A stretch of 39,033 nt of DNA from Clostridiales bacterium DTU087 (lineage in GTDB: Bacteria; Bacillota; Limnochordia; DTU087). The notes below the pieces were generated by a model that saw only the letters and a list, made by a program, of their open reading frames with translations, did no database searches and was not told where the DNA came from. The stretch lies in contig LFTN01000135.1 in assembly GCA_001513495.1 (NCBI GenBank), forward strand, positions 16,454 to 55,486, written 5' to 3'. A program made the translations under genes and the position numbers. Positions 24,616-33,419 of this stretch are shown here, in pieces; position 1 is the first letter of the stretch, and each line of letters begins with the position of its first letter.

Positions 24616-26247
24616 ATGGCGTTGAGAGTGAAGGACGATATTATCCAATTGGAGACAGTAATCGGCACGAACTCTACCCAGACTGTAGCCGACGGCACAG
24701 CGGTCATTCCCGGCAGCATGCTGCCGGCGGATCGGATTGTGAAAGTAACTGCCGTTCCCAGCATAAGGGAACACTGGGTGGAAGAAGATAGAGTAAATGT
24801 GGATGGGGTTATGACGGTAACGATCATCTATGCCGGGCAGACAGACACAGGGCAGACTTACTATGGAAGCACGCAAATTGCTGATGCGATTCCTTTCAGC
24901 CATTTTGTGGACCTGCCCGGGGCAATGCCTGAGATGTGGTCTCAATGCAGCGCGGCAGTGCTGGATCTCCAATCTTCTGTCAGAAGCGACGGCCGCACTG
25001 TAGATCTTGACATAGTCTTGGAGTTGACGGCAGCAGCTGTGTCAACTCAAGAGATCGTAGTGGTTACCGATGCTGCAGCAGACCCTGCTGTTCGATTAAA
25101 GGCAGCCAAAGATGTCCTTCATATCGAGGATGTGATCGGCAGGGGAACTGCTAGAGCACAGATCCGGGAAATTATTCCCATACCTGGTGGAGGCGGGCCT
25201 GACCTCAGGCTGCTGGAGGTACAGGGCAAATTCCGGCCGGTGGAAAACCGTGTGGATATAGACCGGGCGGTGATAGTGGGAACGATGAGCTATAGAGCCA
25301 TCTGTGCAGGATATAGCGCCGATACAGGGGAGGAGCAGATTGTCATACACCGCTGGGATGACATATCCGCTGTGGAGCTCAGTGCTCAGATTTACGGCAG
25401 TTATGCAGGCATGACCGCCCATCCCCAGATAGCTGCTCCCCTGATCTCCGGCCGCTTGGCCAATGACGGGCAAAGCCTGGCCATCGAAGGCGAGCTGACT
25501 GCGGAGATAAAGGTCGTGCAGCCCCTAAATATCTCGGTGGTCACTGATCTATCCTCAGACAGCGATGTAGAAATTGCGGTCAGGCAGGAAACGATTAAAA
25601 TTGAGCAGGTCGGAGAGGCCGCAGCCAAAGATATTTACGTGGACGGCACTGTTCAGCTGCCAGCATCCCATCCTCCTCTGGAGCGGCTGCTGGATGTGGA
25701 AGCCCGGGCTGCCGTTACCGGAGCCTCTATAGTGGGCGGACGCGCGGTGGTGTCGGGGTATATCGACCTATCAGCTTTATACGCTGCCAGGACCGATGAT
25801 TTCAGCCAGCCTGTCTATCACGCCGCCTGGGGCAATGCAGAAACCTTTGAGGCCAGCATTAATGTTCCAGCGGCAGCGGCTCTGGCCGAAGGTGAGGTTG
25901 AGGCAGATATCGTCATCCATGATGTGCGGGCTGAGCCTATCAGCAGGGATACCATCAGCTTCCATGTGGTGGGTTCTGTGTCTTGCCGTCTGAAGGAGGC
26001 CGCATCCAAGGAAGTAGTGGCTGAAGCTGTTGAGCTGCGGCGCTTTAAAGGCAGGCCGCCCACTTACACTTGCGTGACCTTACAACCGGAAGACACTCTC
26101 TGGAAGCTGGCCGCTAAGTACCGCACCACTGTGGAGAACTTGTTGGAAGTCAATCCTGACCTCGCGGAAACTGCCATGACCATCGGCGGGCTGCCGGTGG
26201 GCAGCAAAGTGTTGATTACACATTCTGCATCCTCCGAATTGGAATAG
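24616..26247 (+). CDS. sipL: SPOCS (DUF3794) repeats plus LysM, spore coat morphogenetic protein (SipL-like)
   Basis: Three beta-rich repeats (DRVNVDG..IIY, DRAVIVG..YRA, GRAVVSG..ALY) and C-terminal LysM (LQPEDTLWKLAAKYRTTVENLLEVN); downstream of veg as in clostridia. Confidence 0.8.
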   Translation: MALRVKDDIIQLETVIGTNSTQTVADGTAVIPGSMLPADRIVKVTAVPSIREHWVEEDRVNVDGVMTVTIIYAGQTDTGQTYYGSTQIADAIPFSHFVDLPGAMPEMWSQCSAAVLDLQSSVRSDGRTVDLDIVLELTAAAVSTQEIVVVTDAAADPAVRLKAAKDVLHIEDVIGRGTARAQIREIIPIPGGGGPDLRLLEVQGKFRPVENRVDIDRAVIVGTMSYRAICAGYSADTGEEQIVIHRWDDISAVELSAQIYGSYAGMTAHPQIAAPLISGRLANDGQSLAIEGELTAEIKVVQPLNISVVTDLSSDSDVEIAVRQETIKIEQVGEAAAKDIYVDGTVQLPASHPPLERLLDVEARAAVTGASIVGGRAVVSGYIDLSALYAARTDDFSQPVYHAAWGNAETFEASINVPAAAALAEGEVEADIVIHDVRAEPISRDTISFHVVGSVSCRLKEAASKEVVAEAVELRRFKGRPPTYTCVTLQPEDTLWKLAAKYRTTVENLLEVNPDLAETAMTIGGLPVGSKVLITHSASSELE

Positions 26248-26320
26248 CTTGCGGAAGAGGGTCTAACCAGTAGGCTATCGGGTTTGCAGCTGATTTTGAG
26301 AAAGTGAAATTGATTGTGCT

Positions 26321-26357
26321 GCTGCCGGCGCATAATTTTGCACCGGCAGTTGTGTTT
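26321..26357 (+). terminator. Hairpin, probable terminator after the SPOCS gene
   Basis: GCTGCCGG-C-GCA / TGC-A-CCGGCAGT stem followed by TGTGTTT. Confidence 0.5.
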
Positions 26358-26441
26358 AGAGCTGACATAGCCTGTCATATACCTTCGTAATTGGGTTTTT
26401 GAACCGGCAAACTGTTATATGAATACCTTTATTTTTGAAAA

Positions 26442-26471
26442 GCATAATCTGTATCATCCATACCCATACTA
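26442..26471 (+). promoter_or_regulatory. Putative sigmaG (forespore) promoter
   Basis: GCATA, 18 bp, CATACTA matches the B. subtilis sigmaG consensus; a second weaker match GAATA-17-CATAAT at 26421-26448. Confidence 0.65.
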
Positions 26472-26507
26472 TAGATTACCAATCAAGCAAAGAAGGAGGG
26501 GATTAGG

Positions 26508-27500
26508 ATGGGTTCCCAGTTGAGGGAAGCAGCTGTTGGATCAGAGAACGCTAACCGTATGTATACAGAAGAGGAAGATCAAAAAATCTTAGCTAAGTGG
26601 TGGAACAAAAAACTCAGACCAGAACTGGCGAAGGAACTAGGCAGAAGCGAAGCCGCCCTTGCCCAGCGGTTCTATGCCATTTTGAAAAAGAAGGGTATAG
26701 AGCCCAAGTCATATAGGGCTAAGATGAAGGAGGAAGCAGGCAAACGGCACTTGCAGCCCACCGCAGCCGGCCGGAGCTGGACTAGGGATGAAGATATCAT
26801 CCTGTGGCGAGGGGCAAGAGCCGGTGACAGCTTCTCTGATATCGCCGGCCGGCTTGCCGGCCGCACAGCCGAGGAGTGCCGGGAGCGCTATGAAGCCCTG
26901 CTTCAGGCAAACGCCAGTGTAGATGTCCCTGTGCAGCCTACGGACGCTCTTGGAGCTGCGGCTGATCAGAGGAGAGAAGTGGGGGGCTCTGCGGCTGATA
27001 TTGAACATACAGTCCAGGAATCCAGCGAAAACGGCCAGCCAGAGTATCCGAAGGATGGGCAAAGCGAAGACTCAGAGGATTTCTTGGATGTCCTCAGGCG
27101 ATTCCCACAGCAAGCTGAAGCGTTAACTCACCGCATGGATGGCATCGAGAATGATATGCAGTACATCAAAGGCAGCCTGCAGTTCAGCCTGGAGCACTTG
27201 GCCCAGGGGCTTCAGAATGTCGTCAATTATCTTGTCGGGCAGGAGCAGGATTTTACGGCCTTTGAGAAAATCCGCCAAGAGAATCAAGCTCTCCGCAGTC
27301 AGTTGACAGAGCTGCGGCAGCGGATGGAAAACGAAAAAAAGGAATTGAGAAAAGTCTACAACGAGCTGGAGTTCTGGCTGGGTGAATTCTTGGAAATGCG
27401 CAAGATCGAGAAGGTAGCCAATCTTGGAGAGTTGATTCCCAAACTCAAGTACTCCTATGACAAGTTTGGAGTGCTCCTGCAGATTGAAAAGGAAGCCTAG
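26508..27500 (+). CDS. Putative transcription regulator with two Myb/SANT-like repeats and a C-terminal coiled coil (RsfA-like)
   Basis: YTEEEDQKIL...LAKELGRSEAALAQRF and WTRDEDIIL...IAGRLAGRTAEECRERY; AAGGAGG RBS. Confidence 0.7.
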   Translation: MGSQLREAAVGSENANRMYTEEEDQKILAKWWNKKLRPELAKELGRSEAALAQRFYAILKKKGIEPKSYRAKMKEEAGKRHLQPTAAGRSWTRDEDIILWRGARAGDSFSDIAGRLAGRTAEECRERYEALLQANASVDVPVQPTDALGAAADQRREVGGSAADIEHTVQESSENGQPEYPKDGQSEDSEDFLDVLRRFPQQAEALTHRMDGIENDMQYIKGSLQFSLEHLAQGLQNVVNYLVGQEQDFTAFEKIRQENQALRSQLTELRQRMENEKKELRKVYNELEFWLGEFLEMRKIEKVANLGELIPKLKYSYDKFGVLLQIEKEA

Positions 27501-27534
27501 CTCCGGCAGCAAGCAGCAGCTGGATACGAGGCAT

Positions 27535-27567
27535 GCCCTGGGGTCTACGCCGCCAGGGTTTCTTTTT
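27535..27567 (+). terminator. Rho-independent terminator
   Basis: GCCCTGG...CCAGGGT stem followed by TTCTTTTT. Confidence 0.7.
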
Positions 27568-27664
27568 GGAGTCATTTCCAACAGCCGGCAAACGGGGATA
27601 ATTATTTCTGCCGGCTGCATTCGCTGAGAAGAGATGACTATGGTACAAGAGGGGATTTAAGTAT

Positions 27665-28951
27665 ATGATAATAGGTAAAAGCAAGGTAAGAGGAAGGATG
27701 GGAGACGACTTGGGAAAGCCAACAACTAAAAAGACGGGGCTCAGGAGAAGGACACTCCACTCGATGACCGGTGGTTTTCTGGGACTCATAATGTTCTTGT
27801 CATTCTTGTTTGCGCCGGTGGGCCTGGGAGTGGCCGAAGCACTGACGCCGGATGATGTGGGAGCCGATGTGGCTCTGCTGGTAGCTGCAGGGACCAATCA
27901 GGTACTTTTGGGAAAAAACCCGGACAAAGTCGTGGAGCCCGCCAGCATAGCCAAGATCATGACTTTGCTCCTGGCTTTAGAAGCCGTGGACAGGGGCGAG
28001 ATTTCCCTTTCCGACAAAGTACTAGTAAGTCCGGATGCAGAAGCCATTGGGGGCTCCCAAGTTTGGCTGAGAGCCGGTGAAGTGTTTACATTAGAGCAAC
28101 TGCTCAAAGCAGTAGCCATTCAATCAGCCAATGATGCCGCCCATGCGGTGGCTGAACACGCAGCCGGATCTGTGCCGGCCTTTGTCAAACAGATGAACCG
28201 ACGGGCCCAGGAATTGGGCATGAAGGATACCATATTCACCAATGTTCACGGCCTGCCGCCGGACCCCGGCCAGGATGCTACCGTTACCACTGCCAGGGAC
28301 AGTAGCAAGATGGCCCAGGAGATCCTCAAGTTCCCGCTGGTCTTGGAGTGGACATCTACGTGGACAGACGTATTCCGTTCCGATAACCCCCGGACGGTGT
28401 TATACAATACCAACAAGATGCTTAGGGAGTATCCTGGGCTCGACGGCCTCAAAACAGGCCACACCGACAGCGCGGGCTATTGTCTGGTGGCGACTGCGGA
28501 GCGCAGCGATCTGCGGCTGATATCGATCGTTATGGGGACAGCCAGTGATGCCCAGCGGCGTCAAGAGACCCGCAAGCTGCTGGATTACGGCTTCAAGGGA
28601 TTCACCAGCCAAAGACTGGTAGAACACAAAGAGATAGTCGGTGAGGTTGTGATCAAGAACGGAGTGCCGGAGACTGTGAAGGCAGCAGCTGCAGCCCCCT
28701 TGGAAGCCCTTGTAGAGAAAGGGAATTCGGCACCTTTCCACCGGCACTTGCAGGTGCAGCCGGATTTGGAAGCACCTTTAAAGGCCGGTGACATTGTGGG
28801 AGTAATGGTAGTCAGCCAGGAGGACAGCATTCTTGGCCAGGTGCCGGTAGAGCTGGAGGAAGATGTCAGGCCGGCCGGTTTCTTTGTTAGGATTTGGCGC
28901 TGGCTGCGGGATCTTGTAAAGTCGCTTATTGCTGCGGAACCATCGGCTTAG
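27665..28951 (+). CDS. D-alanyl-D-alanine carboxypeptidase (peptidase S11, DacA/DacF-like)
   Basis: SxxK (ASIAK), SxN (SAN), KTG, signal/TM segment, C-terminal amphipathic helix; true start probably later (27698 or 27710). Confidence 0.92.
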   Translation: MIIGKSKVRGRMGDDLGKPTTKKTGLRRRTLHSMTGGFLGLIMFLSFLFAPVGLGVAEALTPDDVGADVALLVAAGTNQVLLGKNPDKVVEPASIAKIMTLLLALEAVDRGEISLSDKVLVSPDAEAIGGSQVWLRAGEVFTLEQLLKAVAIQSANDAAHAVAEHAAGSVPAFVKQMNRRAQELGMKDTIFTNVHGLPPDPGQDATVTTARDSSKMAQEILKFPLVLEWTSTWTDVFRSDNPRTVLYNTNKMLREYPGLDGLKTGHTDSAGYCLVATAERSDLRLISIVMGTASDAQRRQETRKLLDYGFKGFTSQRLVEHKEIVGEVVIKNGVPETVKAAAAAPLEALVEKGNSAPFHRHLQVQPDLEAPLKAGDIVGVMVVSQEDSILGQVPVELEEDVRPAGFFVRIWRWLRDLVKSLIAAEPSA

Positions 28952-28977
28952 CGACGGGAGTAGGGAGTTGTGGATTA

Positions 28978-29949
28978 TTGGGTCCCATAGTTGAAAGTGC
29001 CCATGCAAAGATCAATTTGGCCCTGGATGTCGGTCCAGTAAGGCCCGATGGTTATCACGAGATTCATACCGCGATGCAGTCATTGGAGCTTCAGGACGTC
29101 GTACTGCTGGAAGAACGTCCCCAGGGCATATCCCTGAATTGCCTGCGAGGCAATCCTCTTAGTCAGGGAGCGCAATCTTGCTTGGAGCTATATACCGCTC
29201 CGCTGCCTCCCAGTGATGACAGCAATCTAGCATGGCAGGCAGCAGCGCTGTTGATGGAGACGGCGGGAGTCCGGCGGGGTGTGCATATCGTAATCCGCAA
29301 GGCTATCCCATCGGCAGCCGGCTTGGGAGGCGGCAGTGCCGATGCCGCGGCAGTGCTGCGGGGCCTAAATCGGCTGTGGAACCTGGGCATGGACTTCCGC
29401 GAGCTGGCTGCAGTAGGAGTCAAAGTAGGCGCTGATGTCCCCTTCTGCCTGTTGGAAGGGACTGCAGAGGCGGCTGGTATTGGTGAAAGGCTTAAGCCTG
29501 TGGCATCACCCCCGCCGTGGCCGGTGCTGCTGTTGAAGCTGCCGGCGGCGGTATCCACGGCTGCCTGCTACGAGGCTTACGATGGTCTGCAAGACCCTCC
29601 CCGGGTAGATACCGCCGGGATGCTGGAAGCTTTAGCAAATCAAGATCTGGCCCAGGTGGCAGAGCGCCTCGGCAACTCCTTGGAGGCGGTCACAATGCAG
29701 CAGGTGCCGGAGCTGGCGTTTTGGCAGGAAGCTATGGAAGCAGCCGGCTGCTTAGGGGTGTTGATGAGCGGCAGTGGCCCTACGCTCTTCGGGCTGGCCC
29801 GTGATGAAGGGCATGGGCGTGATGTATTTGAGCGCCTGACAGATGCCGTCAGGCAGGAACAGCAGGGTCAGTTGCCTAACCTATATTTGACTAAGTTCTT
29901 AGCAAGCAGGGAGAACGACCTGTTCAAAGGAGGCGCTTGGCATGCGTAA
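28978..29949 (+). CDS. ispE: 4-diphosphocytidyl-2-C-methyl-D-erythritol kinase
   Basis: AKINLAL...DGYHEI, IPSAAGLGGGSADAAA, GADVPFC, MSGSGPT; TTG start after AGGGAG. Confidence 0.95.
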   Translation: MGPIVESAHAKINLALDVGPVRPDGYHEIHTAMQSLELQDVVLLEERPQGISLNCLRGNPLSQGAQSCLELYTAPLPPSDDSNLAWQAAALLMETAGVRRGVHIVIRKAIPSAAGLGGGSADAAAVLRGLNRLWNLGMDFRELAAVGVKVGADVPFCLLEGTAEAAGIGERLKPVASPPPWPVLLLKLPAAVSTAACYEAYDGLQDPPRVDTAGMLEALANQDLAQVAERLGNSLEAVTMQQVPELAFWQEAMEAAGCLGVLMSGSGPTLFGLARDEGHGRDVFERLTDAVRQEQQGQLPNLYLTKFLASRENDLFKGGAWHA

Positions 29950-30637
29950 ACGGCTGGCCCCCATCCAACTGGATAATTACAAGCCTCTGCGGGATATTGT
30001 TTTTGAAAACCTAAGGGAGGCGATAATTGCCGGCCAGTTGCGCCCTGGCGAGAGATTGATGGAAGTACAGATTGCCGAAGAGCTGGGTGTAAGCCGGACG
30101 CCTGTGCGGGAGGCAATCAGAAAGCTGGAATTGGAAGGCCTAGTGATAATGGTACCCCGTAAAGGGGCATATGTTTCCAATGTATCCATTAAGGATATTA
30201 CTGATATATTCCAAATTCGCAGGGTCCTGGAAGGTTTGGCGGCAGAACTTGCTGCCGAAAGGCTAACAGAAGAGCAACTGGAAGAATTGCGGCAGCTGCT
30301 GGATCGTACGGCAGAAACCATTGATAAGCTGGAAGTTTTGACTGCAGTGGATATGGATACAGGTTTCCACCAGGTGATCTATGAAGCAGGCCGCAATGAG
30401 AAGTTGAGCAGCATGCTATATCATCTTCGGGAACAGATCCAACGCTTTCGTACCCAGTCCTTGAGCAGGCCGGGGCGCCTGCAGCAGGCCGTTATGGAAC
30501 ACCGGGCGATCTTGGAGGCTTTAGAAAAGGGCGACGGGGAGCTGGCCCGCCGGCTGGTGGAAGAACACATCGAAAGCGCTGAAAGCGCTCTTCTGGCTGC
30601 CTTTGAGGAAATTGGAGAAAAGGAAGAGGACTCATGA
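29942..30637 (+). CDS. GntR family transcriptional regulator (FCD domain)
   Basis: LRPGERL...LGVSRTPVREAIRKLELEG; FH...EH...H effector-domain residues; overlaps the ispE stop. Confidence 0.92.
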   Translation: MRKRLAPIQLDNYKPLRDIVFENLREAIIAGQLRPGERLMEVQIAEELGVSRTPVREAIRKLELEGLVIMVPRKGAYVSNVSIKDITDIFQIRRVLEGLAAELAAERLTEEQLEELRQLLDRTAETIDKLEVLTAVDMDTGFHQVIYEAGRNEKLSSMLYHLREQIQRFRTQSLSRPGRLQQAVMEHRAILEALEKGDGELARRLVEEHIESAESALLAAFEEIGEKEEDS

Positions 30638-31446
30638 ACCAGGTCGATGCGGTAGTGCTGGCTGGTGCAAGAAATACAGGGCGTTTGCGGAAAATGGACA
30701 GCAGCTTCTATGAAGCTAGTATTGAGATCGCTGGACGGCCCATGTTGTACTATGTGCTGGATGCCCTGACTGCCGTTCCCGAAATCAGGAGAATAGTGGT
30801 CACAGCCCCGTCGGGGGCTTTTGAAGGAGACTGGCAGGGCAAGGTTGCCTTCTTGCCGGCTGCTGACAGCATGCTGGAGAATATACGCCGAGGCATTGCG
30901 GCACTTGACGGCGAGGGCAAGGTCTTGATCGTCACCTCTGACATTCCGCTGATCAACCCTGCAGCGATATCGGATTTTATTCAAAGGTGTAAAGGCCGGG
31001 AAGCAGATATTTATTATCCCATTATTTGCCGGGATGCCAATGACAGGGAGTTTCCTGGAGTCAAGCGGACCTATGTGCGTCTGCGGGAGGGAGTTTTTAC
31101 CGGTGGCAACATGGCCCTGGTTTCGCCGGAGATTATCGACAAGTGTGCTGCAATTATCGAGCGGGCCATTGCGATGCGCAAGAACCCCCTGCAGTTGAGC
31201 CGGCTGCTGGGATTTAAGTTTATCATCAAATTCCTCCTTAACCAACTGAGTCTACGGGAGATCGAGGCCAGGGTTCAGGATGTACTGCGCTGTCGGGGAG
31301 TGGGAGTGATTTCCCCCTATCCACAGGTGGGGATCGATGTGGATAAGCCCAGTGATCTGGAGCTGGTACGGCAGTTGTTGGAGGGGGAGGAGCGGGCTTA
31401 CTCCCAGCAGGATCTAATGAGTGGAAAGGATATGCATTTTCACTGA
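30634..31446 (+). CDS. MobA-like NTP transferase domain protein
   Basis: DAVVLAG, IAGRPMLYYVLDAL, IVTSDIPLI, GIDVDKPSDL; ATGA overlap with GntR. Confidence 0.8.
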   Translation: MNQVDAVVLAGARNTGRLRKMDSSFYEASIEIAGRPMLYYVLDALTAVPEIRRIVVTAPSGAFEGDWQGKVAFLPAADSMLENIRRGIAALDGEGKVLIVTSDIPLINPAAISDFIQRCKGREADIYYPIICRDANDREFPGVKRTYVRLREGVFTGGNMALVSPEIIDKCAAIIERAIAMRKNPLQLSRLLGFKFIIKFLLNQLSLREIEARVQDVLRCRGVGVISPYPQVGIDVDKPSDLELVRQLLEGEERAYSQQDLMSGKDMHFH

Positions 31447-31476
31447 AGGGGAAGCAGGTTTGGCAGCAACTGACCA

Positions 31477-31506
31477 GCATAGCTGCCTCCTTAGGGGTCT
31501 AAACTA
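31477..31506 (+). promoter_or_regulatory. Putative sigmaG/sigmaF promoter of the SASP gene
   Basis: GCATA, 18 bp, TAAACTA. Confidence 0.55.
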
Positions 31507-31533
31507 GGAGTGGACCCGATAGGAGGTGAAAAC

Positions 31534-31773
31534 ATGGGTGCTGGCCAGAAGAGAAACACGCCTCTCATCCAGGAGGCCTACCAGGCTCTTCAGCAGTTTA
31601 AGTACGAAACCGCTAACGAACTGGGCATTCAGGTGCCTGAGGGAGATTACTGGGGTTACGTCTCATCTCGAGACTGCGGTGCGGTAGGCGGCAACATGGT
31701 ACGGAAAATGATCGCTGCGGCTGAGCAGTCCCTCATCGCTCAGGCCGGCGGTAATACACAGCAGAACTACTAG
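31534..31773 (+). CDS. Alpha/beta-type small acid-soluble spore protein
   Basis: ALQQFKYETANELGI...SSRDCGAVGGNMVRKMI; AGGAGGTG RBS. Confidence 0.93.
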   Translation: MGAGQKRNTPLIQEAYQALQQFKYETANELGIQVPEGDYWGYVSSRDCGAVGGNMVRKMIAAAEQSLIAQAGGNTQQNY

Positions 31774-31955
31774 CATTAGGCATCAAGACTAATGGTACGC
31801 ATCACTGAAGTACACTGCTTTACACTGGTGATGTATACCGGCGCTGCTTTATTATATGAGCCCGCCATCTGGCGGGCTTAACCGTGATCAGGGTATAATA
31901 GTAATAGGGATTTATTTCTAGCAACTTATTCCTCACAATTAGGGAGGGGAAGTGT

Positions 31956-33344
31956 ATGTCAGCAGCTGCGGTGGTTCTCGCGGCAGGGAAAGGTACCCGC
32001 ATGAAGTCTGCAGTCCCAAAGGTTCTCCACCCCATATGCGGACTCCCTATGATAGCACATGTAGTCAACAACCTTCGGGAAGCAGGTGTTGAGCGGATCC
32101 TGGTTGTGGTGGGTCAAGAGGGACAGGAGATCCAAGGCCTCCTGGGATCGGAAGTGGAGTATGTCGTTCAAGCAGAGCAGCTGGGAACTGGCCATGCGGT
32201 GCTGCAGGCGGAAGCCGTCCTGCAAGGCTGCAGCGGCCCCGTGCTGGTAATCCACGGTGATACGCCCCTATACCGTCCCGGCACCTTGCGGGATCTCATC
32301 GAGGCCCATCAGAGTTCCAAAGCTCTTGCCACAGTGCTGTCAGTGGTTGTTGATGATCCCACAGGCTACGGAAGGATCATCCGGGACGCTGCCGACCGGT
32401 TTGCCAAGATCGTTGAACAGAAAGATGCTGGCCCAGAAGAGGCACTGGTGAAAGAGATTAACAGCGGCACCTATGTTTTCGAATGTGAGCCGTTGTTTGA
32501 GGCTCTGCACCAGATTAGCCCCGAAAACGCCCAAGCAGAGTATTACTTGACAGACGTGCTGGAAATCATCAAGGAGCAGGCAGGCAAAGTTGAAATCTTT
32601 ATCCACGGCGATCATGAAGAGGCATTGGGGATTAATAACCGGGTGCAGCTAGCAGCAGCAGAACGAATCCTGCGGGATAGGATTCGGGAGAGATGGATGC
32701 GGGCCGGTGTGACTATGGTGGATCCTGCCACTACATATGTGGATGCCGAGGCTGAACTGGCACCAGATGTAGTCCTTTTGCCTTTTACCTTTATCGAGGG
32801 CCGTACCCGGGTAGCTGCCGGTTCAGTCATCGGCCCCTTTAGTCGGGTAAAGGACTGCGTGGTGGGAGAAAATGTTACCATAAGCCAGGCAACTGTTCTG
32901 GAAAGCTCCTTAGATGCAGACTCCACAGTTGGCCCATACAGTTACATCCGGCCGGGATGCCGCCTGGCTGAAAAGGCCAAAGTCGGAGGATTTTGTGAGA
33001 TCAAAAACACGACTGTGGGGCCGGGGAGCAAGGTGCCCCACTTGACTTATCTGGGAGATACAAGTATCGGAAGCGGAGTCAATATTGGCGCGGGAACTAT
33101 TACCTGCAATTACGATGGAAAGAAAAAGCACCCCACAGTGATTGACGACGGGGCCTTTGTCGGCAGCAACTGCAATTTAGTAGCGCCTGTCGAAATAGGA
33201 GCCGGCGCCTATGTGGCAGCGGGATCTACCGTTACCAATGATGTGCCCCCAGGAGCTCTGGGAGTAGCCAGAAGCCGGCAGCGCAATATCCCAGATTGGG
33301 TTCAGCGCTGGAGCAGCAAGACAAATGCTCCGGAAGAGGGATAA
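31956..33344 (+). CDS. glmU: Bifunctional UDP-GlcNAc pyrophosphorylase / GlcN-1-P acetyltransferase
   Basis: LAAGKGTRMKS, QLGTGHAV, GYGRI, hexapeptide repeats, NIGAGTITCNYDG. Confidence 0.97.
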   Translation: MSAAAVVLAAGKGTRMKSAVPKVLHPICGLPMIAHVVNNLREAGVERILVVVGQEGQEIQGLLGSEVEYVVQAEQLGTGHAVLQAEAVLQGCSGPVLVIHGDTPLYRPGTLRDLIEAHQSSKALATVLSVVVDDPTGYGRIIRDAADRFAKIVEQKDAGPEEALVKEINSGTYVFECEPLFEALHQISPENAQAEYYLTDVLEIIKEQAGKVEIFIHGDHEEALGINNRVQLAAAERILRDRIRERWMRAGVTMVDPATTYVDAEAELAPDVVLLPFTFIEGRTRVAAGSVIGPFSRVKDCVVGENVTISQATVLESSLDADSTVGPYSYIRPGCRLAEKAKVGGFCEIKNTTVGPGSKVPHLTYLGDTSIGSGVNIGAGTITCNYDGKKKHPTVIDDGAFVGSNCNLVAPVEIGAGAYVAAGSTVTNDVPPGALGVARSRQRNIPDWVQRWSSKTNAPEEG

Positions 33345-33362
33345 TGATACGATTCTCGAATA
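33336..33362 (+). promoter_or_regulatory. Possible internal sigmaH-type promoter upstream of prs
   Basis: GAGGG, 17 bp, GAAT (CTCGAATA). Confidence 0.3.
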
Positions 33363-33419
33363 ACTCGAAGGAGGCTCTCAGTCCTCCAAAAATGTTGATG
33401 GGACAGGAAGTGAGCAGGG

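Noticed and set aside
26248-26300. Riboswitch (c-di-GMP-like GCAAA on the minus strand)
   Set aside because: Lacks the GNRA tetraloop/receptor architecture and there is no downstream gene on that strand
31338-31346. Perfect DnaA box TGTGGATAA
   Set aside because: Single copy inside a CDS (encodes part of DVDK); no cluster or AT-rich unwinding element, so not oriC
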